Shown here: piece after piece, positions 1 to 7,511 of the stretch | Layout: every line of letters starts with the position of its first letter | Position numbering within the stretch: the stretch's first letter is position 1 | DNA from: a virus | Taxonomy: Duplodnaviria > Caudoviricetes | DNA length: 64,000 nucleotides | Direction: 5' to 3' (one strand) | Virus record (IMG/VR): IMGVR_UViG_3300011862_000001 | Span: 1 to 64,000 of that record | Position numbers and translations under genes: made by a program | The notes under the pieces: model-generated | Told to the model about the DNA's origin: nothing | What the model saw: only the letters and a program-made list of their open reading frames with translations | Databases searched by the model: none

Positions 1-2
1 TG

Positions 3-62
3 TCTCTGCTGGCGATGGCAGTCGATGGTCTGGAACCGAAGTTCTTAACCAAGAAAAAATAA
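3..62 (+). CDS. 3' end of a gene truncated by the window edge
   Basis: Open frame ...SLLAMAVDGLEPKFLTKKK-stop, followed by a GC hairpin. Confidence 0.5.
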   Translation, partial: SLLAMAVDGLEPKFLTKKK

Positions 63-95
63 TCGACGGCGGCGGGGCAACCCGCCGTAATAGGA

Positions 96-392
96 GTGGA
101 CATGCGTTATCAAAAAGACATTGTCGAGCGCCTGCGTCAAGGTCTTGCTGCTGTTGATCGCGAAGCCAGTGTCAAATTCGTTCAAGAGTTTACACCGCCG
201 CGCCAGACGCTGAAAGAGTTCGCCGACGAGGCGAATGCGTACTACGCCAAACTGCTGACTGAAGCTACCCAAGGTGGTAGTAAGATGCCGCTGATTGGTG
301 CGCCCGAAAACGCCGACGCAATTCCGTATTGGATTGAAGATATGGAAAATGCGGTACTGCCAGACCTGCGCTTAGCGAGGTTGGTACAATGA
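96..392 (+). CDS. hypothetical protein
   Basis: 98-aa ORF with AGGAG upstream; stop overlaps the next start. Confidence 0.7.
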   Translation: MDMRYQKDIVERLRQGLAAVDREASVKFVQEFTPPRQTLKEFADEANAYYAKLLTEATQGGSKMPLIGAPENADAIPYWIEDMENAVLPDLRLARLVQ

Positions 393-1057
393 AACTTGAC
401 CCTGCACGCCGTAAGAAGGCTGAGGCTTGGCTGCTTCAACTTCTTAAGCTGGTTGACCCCAGCGGTATCAATGCCGAAGCGTACAAACGTCGTCTGCCCA
501 AAATGACGGACGACCAGTTCAATGAACTGCGCAAAGGGATACCGATTTATAACCCGGCGGGCAGTAAGGTACAGATTGACCACATGCGCAACGTAGAAAT
601 CTGCAAAGCCTTGGGGTTAGAGCTGTGCCAGCGTTTGTATTTTACGGAGCCAAAGACCGGGTTAGTTCACCGGACACGTTGGCCACATATCGTCATGCCC
701 TTACCGGCCAGACGACAAACGCAGATGCAGGAAAAGAAAATCGCGGTAGCCAAAAACGACAAAGTACGTGATAAGCTATCCGGGCAGGTGGTCGGTCCGT
801 CTAAGGCGTCAGGGGTCTCGTTCCCGGAAGCCTACATTATGTTCTCAGACGGGCTTGATAAAACCCTGGAAGAATTTCTGCATGCACGCGGCGGCAATGA
901 AGCCTTGCAGCGTGCGTTTTACCAATCTATTCGCCAAACGGGCCTGGGACGTATTACTATCCCCGGTGCGGAACGTACCAGTGCTAAAGCCACCCGTACC
1001 TGGAGTGCCTACTTAAAGGCCATGGGTATCGGTAACAACATAGGGTCTCCACAATGA
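389..1057 (+). CDS. virion RNA polymerase beta subunit, C-terminal fragment (phiKZ gp149-like)
   Basis: RRQTQMQEKK...DKLSGQVVGPSKASGVSFPE...RGG...AYLKAM follows the RpoB C-terminal region (KL.H...K...Q..GG.R.GEME); size fits the split beta-C subunit. Confidence 0.8.
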   Translation: MKLDPARRKKAEAWLLQLLKLVDPSGINAEAYKRRLPKMTDDQFNELRKGIPIYNPAGSKVQIDHMRNVEICKALGLELCQRLYFTEPKTGLVHRTRWPHIVMPLPARRQTQMQEKKIAVAKNDKVRDKLSGQVVGPSKASGVSFPEAYIMFSDGLDKTLEEFLHARGGNEALQRAFYQSIRQTGLGRITIPGAERTSAKATRTWSAYLKAMGIGNNIGSPQ

Positions 1058-1791
1058 GAACAGGCCGACGCTATCTCGTGTGTATCAACACACTTATCGA
1101 CGATCGTATCGGATGGGTTAAAACCACCCATCCAGCAGCCCTTGAGCAATTGGACTTAGATGTCTACCGTGGGCGACACACGGAGCTGTGGGCGGAGAAC
1201 GTCGGCATCCCTAACTGGACAGAACACTACCGTGGTCGTGACAAACGGGCATTAATGAACGGGACACCCACCGAGTTTATTCTGGCTTTAAAGAGCATGA
1301 TACTCGATGACTTGACCCAGATTCAAATGTCATCCCCGATTGAACGTCCTACGCTCACGATTAACCTTTGGCCGTACACTGACTTGACTGGCGGTGAGCA
1401 CCAAAGTTTCCTCAATAACTTCCGTCAGTTGTACCATGAAGTGCAGGTAGAACTTATCACTACCCCACTGGCCCGGTTTAACCTGGGTTACCTCAACATG
1501 GGCTGGGACATCTGGTATATGTACGACTGGTTTGAGTGGTTGCGGGCCATGACCGAAGCCAAGGATTTTGGTGGTCGTCATCCAGCATTTACCATTATCA
1601 AACCGGCGTTACTGACCGACGAACTGACCCCGGAAATAATTGAGACAATAAAAAATGATGGCGTCAACCCCTTTAAGGCGTTGACGCGTTTCATGGAAGA
1701 GCTGGTTACAGTGGATACGGTGGATTGCCGGCTGTTCAGTATAATTCGTCCTCGTCCTCCAGAGGACGCTGAGAAAACGCCGTCGCCATAA
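1054..1791 (+). CDS. conserved jumbo-phage hypothetical protein
   Basis: 245-aa ORF translationally coupled to the upstream gene (ATGA overlap). Confidence 0.75.
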   Translation: MRTGRRYLVCINTLIDDRIGWVKTTHPAALEQLDLDVYRGRHTELWAENVGIPNWTEHYRGRDKRALMNGTPTEFILALKSMILDDLTQIQMSSPIERPTLTINLWPYTDLTGGEHQSFLNNFRQLYHEVQVELITTPLARFNLGYLNMGWDIWYMYDWFEWLRAMTEAKDFGGRHPAFTIIKPALLTDELTPEIIETIKNDGVNPFKALTRFMEELVTVDTVDCRLFSIIRPRPPEDAEKTPSP

Positions 1792-2209
1792 TCTGGTTGA
1801 CGTCAATTTTCTCGCCTACCGGTGCCAACTCTCCTTCCGCTTGACCCCCATCGGGGATAATCGGTATGGGGGGTTGGTAACCTGTATTTTCACCTTCCGG
1901 CGGACCGTCGTGGCGCTCGATACGGGCCCCGCGTTTTTCACGTACCCAGTTGTTGAGTGCGTTGGCTACGTCTTGTTGCGCCCCAGCGGATTTGTTGGCT
2001 GCTTCAGCACGACGTTTACCGAGGACTTGTTTGTCTATCCCGTTGAGCATCTTGTCTAACGAGTTGACTAACTTCGGATCGGCATGAACTTTCGGTTCAG
2101 CCATAATGTCGTTAGCTATCTTCAAACGGGCAAGTTGCACTTGGCGGAGAAGCGACTCTTCGTCGTCAACTTCACCGTCGAAGGCTTGGTACTGTACTTC
2201 TTCGCTCAT
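1736..2209 (-). CDS. hypothetical protein
   Basis: 157-aa ORF with GAGG upstream on the minus strand; 3' end overlaps the convergent gene. Confidence 0.75.
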   Translation of the reverse strand: MSEEVQYQAFDGEVDDEESLLRQVQLARLKIANDIMAEPKVHADPKLVNSLDKMLNGIDKQVLGKRRAEAANKSAGAQQDVANALNNWVREKRGARIERHDGPPEGENTGYQPPIPIIPDGGQAEGELAPVGEKIDVNQIMATAFSQRPLEDEDELY

Positions 2210-2242
2210 GGGACTTTCCTCAATTTCAAAAAGAACTCAGAC

Positions 2243-2259
2243 AGATATTATCTTGATGA
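2243..2259 (+). promoter_or_regulatory. putative early (virion RNAP) promoter
   Basis: AGATATTATCTTGATGA, identical to 60590-60606; resembles the phiKZ early TATATTAC element. Confidence 0.7.
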
Positions 2260-2283
2260 GATTATCTCAATAAGGATCAACAC

Positions 2284-2814
2284 ATGTCATTCAAATGGCT
2301 CACGCATCCTATTAAGCGTTACGTCTATAATCGACGTAGAAGCTTTTTAGAGGCCGAGTTCCATAAGAATGCCCATAACCTATACCAGCGGGTGATGATA
2401 GGCTTAGAATTGCTTACAGAGCCTCAGGTATACGGTACCGAGATATACAAACCCCTCTCGGTCTCTGGGCACGCGGAACTTCGTTGCGCCAATATTGGCG
2501 TAGTGTACGATCGCTTGGATTTTCTGGTGCGAGACTACACGCGTGTCATTAACACCGGTGCCCGTAACTCTGACTGGAGTCCGTGGCCCACCAAACTGGA
2601 GATAAAAGATGATGTTACCAACCGCAAGTGGTTAGATGATTATTTCGCGACCCAATACCCGGAGACGGTGCGGGAAAAGCTGCGTGAAATCTTCTATTTG
2701 TTAGATCTCTATCGGGAATCGTTTATAGGCGACGACCCTGATAAAGCTGTACTGGCCAACCGGTCAGGGCACCTTTTGCGTGAATTAGAGCGTATAGTGG
2801 AACACTACCTCTAA
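2284..2814 (+). CDS. hypothetical protein
   Basis: 176-aa ORF with AAGGA SD, downstream of the promoter motif. Confidence 0.75.
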   Translation: MSFKWLTHPIKRYVYNRRRSFLEAEFHKNAHNLYQRVMIGLELLTEPQVYGTEIYKPLSVSGHAELRCANIGVVYDRLDFLVRDYTRVINTGARNSDWSPWPTKLEIKDDVTNRKWLDDYFATQYPETVREKLREIFYLLDLYRESFIGDDPDKAVLANRSGHLLRELERIVEHYL

Positions 2815-2844
2815 TCAACTTCCACCCTTGTAACAAGGTGAAGC

Positions 2845-3687
2845 ATGGCAAAGAAACGTTTGAACAAAATTGAAATGCGCATTCAGCATGGTGCGGCAGA
2901 TGATACTCCTATCGGTCACTACCTGCAAAAAGCGTATTGGGAACTGTGCAAGTTGATGCGGCTATCGCCTGCCACCTGGAAACAGATGGCAAAGGCGTAC
3001 GTTGAAGATCCGCGTTATATTGGGCGTTCAACTGCTGAGGCGAAAGAACGGCAATCACGACTGGTCACGGCTCTTACCAGTGGCTCAGTAAAAGGACTGC
3101 CGGTCGATTTGACCTGGAAACGGTTTATCGAAGGGTTGGTGTTGATCCGAATCGAAACCCTGACAATGACCGTCGAAGGGTCGCGTGGACTGTTTGGTAG
3201 CAAGAAAATGGTCAGCGCGTCCTGTCACCCCCACCTCGAACTGATGCGGGTTGTGAATCGTGAAGATGAGGAAACCATTAGTCAATCAGCGAGCAATGCA
3301 CTGAATCACTATTTCCAAAATCCACGTCACACCGCAGAACGGGTGATGGAACACATCTTATTGAAGATCCTCTGGGGCTTCTTTGCGGCGTACGATATCC
3401 GCTCAGAGATGTGGCGTAAACTCTCTCTTGCCTACGTCAATAATCCAAAGAACTGTCCGGCGATGTCCAACCGCCGTAGCGACATGCGACACAATCTGGA
3501 GTCGGCCATTCGCTACACCAAGAAGATTACCTGGAAACGGTTTCTTCAGGCGTTAAAAGCCATCGATATCCGCATGCTCGATTGTACCTTTAAGGTCACC
3601 GACATGCGGGGACATTCGTTCGAATACAACTTTGAGATTGACTTAACTGAACTTGTCCTACGGAGCAGCAGCGATGGTGCAGAATAA
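2845..3687 (+). CDS. hypothetical protein with tandem duplicated domain
   Basis: Two copies of W..(M/L)..AYV..P...TWKRF(I/L)..L..I.I. Confidence 0.75.
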   Translation: MAKKRLNKIEMRIQHGAADDTPIGHYLQKAYWELCKLMRLSPATWKQMAKAYVEDPRYIGRSTAEAKERQSRLVTALTSGSVKGLPVDLTWKRFIEGLVLIRIETLTMTVEGSRGLFGSKKMVSASCHPHLELMRVVNREDEETISQSASNALNHYFQNPRHTAERVMEHILLKILWGFFAAYDIRSEMWRKLSLAYVNNPKNCPAMSNRRSDMRHNLESAIRYTKKITWKRFLQALKAIDIRMLDCTFKVTDMRGHSFEYNFEIDLTELVLRSSSDGAE

Positions 3688-4990
3688 ACTCGATGGTTTT
3701 ACCAATCGCGTCGGCGATGGGGTGAACAACATCACCAATGGGGTGAACCAGGTTGAACAACGGGCGACCGATGCGGTAAACCGGGTACAAGACGCAGCGA
3801 ACCGCGTACAGAACACGGTAGAAAGCGCCCAGCGTGGTGTAGAGTCTGCCGTGAACATGTACGACAACGTGCGTGAGAAGGCAGGCGAAACCTACAACAA
3901 GGTGACCGAAGGGGCCAGTGCCCTTGGCAGTAAAATCGGTAACCTGTTTGGCAGCAGTGACCTTGCCACCACCAAAGGCGTGAAGGCCGCCGGTTCGGGT
4001 GCATCTGGTGCGTCACCTGCGTCGCGTATCGAAGGGTTCTCTAACAAACCTAAAGAAACGCTGCCAACTATTGACCCGATTAAGCGTGATGTCCAAGAAC
4101 CGTTCAAGCCGAAGAACGATGCGGCCAGTGGGGTGATGGATTACCTCAAGCCGGGCAAAGCCGGTAGTCTGCTGTCGCAAGGGTTCCAGAAGTTAAAGAA
4201 TCTGCGTGACGGGGCACTCGGCACTATCGGTCTTGATTACCAGTCGGTGAAAAACCGGGTAGAGCAAACCATGCAACTGGCGGGACAAATCTCCCGCCTG
4301 CCCGGTGAGATTCAAGGGGAGATTCAAAACTACGCCTCGCAGATTAGCCAGGTGCGTAATGAAATCACCTCGGTCATTGATGGCACCCGACACACCTTCG
4401 ATTCGCTGAAGGACTTCGATGACTATCTGTCTATTGATAACCTGATTACCAGCTTCACCGGTAACTCAGGGCGTATCACTAACCTGGACATCGGGACGTC
4501 CTCGGCGTTGATATTTGGCATTAACAACAAGCTTGTCGAAATGGGGATTACCGGTCGCACCGACGTGATGGTCGAAGCGATTCAAGACCCGGTCGCCAAG
4601 GTCGTGCTGTACGGCGAGTTGTTAGTGCAAGCTGCTAACCTCGGTAACCTTGAGGCTGCCAACCACTACGTGACCAAGCTGCAACCCGGTCAAGGTCGTG
4701 AGTTAGCCCCGACGGTCATTCAGGCGCTGCTAAGTAATTTGCAAGTAGACCAGGGCGTAGGTTACAAAACCTACGGCACGAATCTACTGGCGCTGTTCGA
4801 TACGCTCGACCCGAATTGGGATAAGACCAAGGTCGCACCTGTCACTGTGGAGCTGTTACCGTACACCTACTGTAACGCCAATGCTATTCAGGCATTGATT
4901 ACCACTGCCAAACGTAAGTATGTTTGTGCTGCCGGTTCACGACGTTTGCAAACATCAACCACTTTGGTTGATCAGTTCTTCCCCGTGTAA
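3674..4990 (+). CDS. probable virion structural protein with amphipathic helical repeats at the N-terminus
   Basis: Start moved to ATG 3674 (GGAG upstream); V/N/Q/A-rich periodic N-terminus. Confidence 0.7.
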   Translation: MVQNKLDGFTNRVGDGVNNITNGVNQVEQRATDAVNRVQDAANRVQNTVESAQRGVESAVNMYDNVREKAGETYNKVTEGASALGSKIGNLFGSSDLATTKGVKAAGSGASGASPASRIEGFSNKPKETLPTIDPIKRDVQEPFKPKNDAASGVMDYLKPGKAGSLLSQGFQKLKNLRDGALGTIGLDYQSVKNRVEQTMQLAGQISRLPGEIQGEIQNYASQISQVRNEITSVIDGTRHTFDSLKDFDDYLSIDNLITSFTGNSGRITNLDIGTSSALIFGINNKLVEMGITGRTDVMVEAIQDPVAKVVLYGELLVQAANLGNLEAANHYVTKLQPGQGRELAPTVIQALLSNLQVDQGVGYKTYGTNLLALFDTLDPNWDKTKVAPVTVELLPYTYCNANAIQALITTAKRKYVCAAGSRRLQTSTTLVDQFFPV

Positions 4991-4993
4991 GGT

Positions 4994-6007
4994 GTGATTA
5001 TGTTAAAACCAGAAATGCAGGCGCTGATGGATTTGATTGAACTGATTCGTCAGGCAGATGAGTATGATGATGCGTTGAAGTCAGTGATTATTGCGCGACT
5101 GAAACACAACTTTTATCTCAAGTATTTTAATGAAGCCCCGGTGTTCAACACCAGTCTTCCTCTTTCCGAAAGGATAGAAGCATTTCTTACGTCCAAACAC
5201 GACGGTATGTATGGCAATGCCTTTGCGCACCGTTTTGGTTTTCAGTCCAATGAAGGCATTCTCCGTTACGATGTGCTACGGATGCCCGATGAATTAGACA
5301 TGGCACACCGTGAACCGTTTATACGCTACCTGCGTAACCTCGGTTGCCGTCCCATGTTAACGGAACACACGCCTGCGCAGGACGGGATAAATCACTACAA
5401 CATTTATTCCAACGCCAGAACGTTGGTCGGACGCATGGCCAGTAACTTTGAATCTGCACCGGGTGAGGGGTTTGATACCCCTCACGGTAAGTTCAGAACG
5501 CTCGAAGGCTATTACCACATTCTGCGGGTGATTGACTTTGCGGTGGATACCGAAGGCGATAAGTATCCGCTGGGGCAAGACAAGGACGAGTTAGCACGCG
5601 ACAGGACTATCCTGCAAACCTACCGCACATCGTTCAAAGAGATCGGTATGCTGTTTACGCTGGATGGGACGAGCTGCATTCGTGTCGGTCGTGAACTCAA
5701 ACGTAAGTTATACGGCGGCACCAATTATCATCCTGGGGCGTTTTCTGAGCACGCTGAACGTTGTTTTATGACAGCGGTCGTGCGCAAGTTACACGTTCTA
5801 CAGTACGACAACCGTTGTCTGGGTAATGTGCTGGCAGAGATTGTTCAACAAGGGATCAAGTTAGACCACTACTACGTGATGCAGGGTAATGTGATTCGCC
5901 CGAAGTTCGCTGAGTGGTTGCCTGATTTGCTTACCCAGATTGTCGAGCAAATCGACCCGTATGCCAACACGTTTGATCCCGACCGTATCATTCAACAATT
6001 AGGGTAA
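4994..6007 (+). CDS. protein with NADAR/T4 gp30.3-like domain (putative)
   Basis: NIYSNARTLVGRMASNF...HGKFRTLEGYYH resembles the NADAR LSNF...F.s.EgyyQ motif. Confidence 0.55.
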   Translation: MIMLKPEMQALMDLIELIRQADEYDDALKSVIIARLKHNFYLKYFNEAPVFNTSLPLSERIEAFLTSKHDGMYGNAFAHRFGFQSNEGILRYDVLRMPDELDMAHREPFIRYLRNLGCRPMLTEHTPAQDGINHYNIYSNARTLVGRMASNFESAPGEGFDTPHGKFRTLEGYYHILRVIDFAVDTEGDKYPLGQDKDELARDRTILQTYRTSFKEIGMLFTLDGTSCIRVGRELKRKLYGGTNYHPGAFSEHAERCFMTAVVRKLHVLQYDNRCLGNVLAEIVQQGIKLDHYYVMQGNVIRPKFAEWLPDLLTQIVEQIDPYANTFDPDRIIQQLG

Positions 6008-6012
6008 CGCCC

Positions 6013-6666
6013 ATGGGATTTCTTGATGTATTAGATGAGGTGGAAAGCCGACTGGAAGACGGGGTAATAAAAGTTGCCCGTGAGTCGATTTCTACCGAGA
6101 AAGAAAAAGAATACTGCCTGTGGGTTAAACCCACGGTAGAAGGTTGGGACTGGCTGTACAAGCAGCAAGGCGAATGTTTTATTGACGTCTTGATGCCTAT
6201 CGCCCAGGGTAAGCGTCGGGTGCGTATTCGCTCCGGTAGCGCCGTACTGACCTTAAAGACCTACCAGGAAGGGGTCACGGAGGAGAACTCGGATATCGGG
6301 TTTGCCACCGCGTTAACCTTCTACGCCGACGAGTATCTGTGTCACCTGGTGCGTCGGATTCGTATGGATGCAGGAGAGCTGACCGCCAAAGGGGCTAAGC
6401 ATTGGGACATTGATGTGTTCTATCGCTACCAAGGCCATCCTGAGTTGCCCGACCAGCAGGCTTTCGATGATATCGTGGCCACAGCGATGGGCGGCACGTC
6501 CTACGGCGATTGGGTGAAGGTAGAACTCGAAGTCGAACGTTATGAACTGGAATCTATCCGTGAGTTCTTACCGTTTGAGATAGAAGAAGCCTTACCCGGT
6601 CGTCCGCAGAACGAAGAAGACGGTAACTTCCTGCGCGATTACTGGGATAATGTCACCCGGCTGTAA
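6013..6666 (+). CDS. CYTH/triphosphate-tunnel-metalloenzyme-like protein, probable head protein
   Basis: EKEKEY, RVRIR, LTLK, EEN, RRIR, DIDVF and ELE motifs in CYTH order; N-terminal leader ends in VARE-S. Confidence 0.6.
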   Translation: MGFLDVLDEVESRLEDGVIKVARESISTEKEKEYCLWVKPTVEGWDWLYKQQGECFIDVLMPIAQGKRRVRIRSGSAVLTLKTYQEGVTEENSDIGFATALTFYADEYLCHLVRRIRMDAGELTAKGAKHWDIDVFYRYQGHPELPDQQAFDDIVATAMGGTSYGDWVKVELEVERYELESIREFLPFEIEEALPGRPQNEEDGNFLRDYWDNVTRL

Positions 6667-6672
6667 TCAAGA

Positions 6673-6706
6673 CCCACCCTTCGGGGTGGGCTCTTTTTTC
6701 TTTTTT
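6673..6706 (+). terminator. rho-independent terminator
   Basis: CCCACCC-TTCG-GGGTGGG followed by a T run. Confidence 0.85.
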
Positions 6707-6710
6707 CCTT

Positions 6711-6736
6711 AAAAAACAGGTGGTGCCCTAGCTATG
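6711..6736 (+). promoter_or_regulatory. putative middle promoter
   Basis: AAAAAAC-N15-TATG; the same spacing recurs at several other sites. Confidence 0.6.
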
Positions 6737-6762
6737 ATAAAAACCTTCAAGGAGTAAAAATC

Positions 6763-7215
6763 GTGAACGAATTAAGTTTCTCCCCGACCCAGGGCCTGGT
6801 TGTCAATAACCACGCCATCAAGTACACGCAAGACCACCACTGGCAAGCGCTGGTCAAACGTCTGAACGGGCGGGCAAACATTATTCTCACCAACGAAATC
6901 AACCTCAACGCCAACGTGGAGAATTGCAGCCAGATGTTTGCCTTCCACATTCCCCGTTCGGTCGGTGAGGCACTCTTAAAGCACGCCACTATCAAAAGCC
7001 GGGTATCAAGCTGGCGGATGCTTGGGCCGTTGTCCCGTATCGCAGAAAAACCCATCACCCAGGGCTCGATACCGGCGACCTTTACTAACGGCGATATCAT
7101 TCTTCTGGTCTACCGCTCAAGCCAAGACGCTGAGCTGTCGTACATGATAACCTACGCCCAGCGTACCACAACCGTCCAAGAACTAGCGGAGCCTACCCAT
7201 GAGCTATGCCATTAA
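6763..7215 (+). CDS. hypothetical protein
   Basis: 150-aa ORF with AAGGAG SD and GTG start. Confidence 0.75.
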   Translation: MNELSFSPTQGLVVNNHAIKYTQDHHWQALVKRLNGRANIILTNEINLNANVENCSQMFAFHIPRSVGEALLKHATIKSRVSSWRMLGPLSRIAEKPITQGSIPATFTNGDIILLVYRSSQDAELSYMITYAQRTTTVQELAEPTHELCH

Positions 7216-7510
7216 AGGCAGCACGTTACACGCTTATCTTCAAAACACCATTACCAAAACCAGTAATGACGCCTTCGAAGACGTGAAGAACGAAGCTGCT
7301 ACGCCTGAAGTGTTGGGGCGGTTTGAAGAGAAGGTCAATGCCCGTATTCGTAAGTTCGTTAACGACCACCTACTCGAAAGTGAGAACTTCGCCAAACTGG
7401 TAGAAGGTCGTGAGCCGGCCATCACGGTACGGGTGGTAAACCACACGCTGACCATCACCGCCAACGAAGATTTGCAATACCTTAACGAAGAATTGAAGAA
7501 GGATATTTAA
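7199..7510 (+). CDS. hypothetical protein
   Basis: 103-aa ORF with GGAG SD. Confidence 0.75.
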   Translation: MSYAIKGSTLHAYLQNTITKTSNDAFEDVKNEAATPEVLGRFEEKVNARIRKFVNDHLLESENFAKLVEGREPAITVRVVNHTLTITANEDLQYLNEELKKDI

Positions 7511-7511
7511 C

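Noticed and set aside
6673-6690. Identical 18-mer CCCACCCTTCGGGGTGGG also at 57548-57565
   Set aside because: Explained as a shared UUCG terminator hairpin
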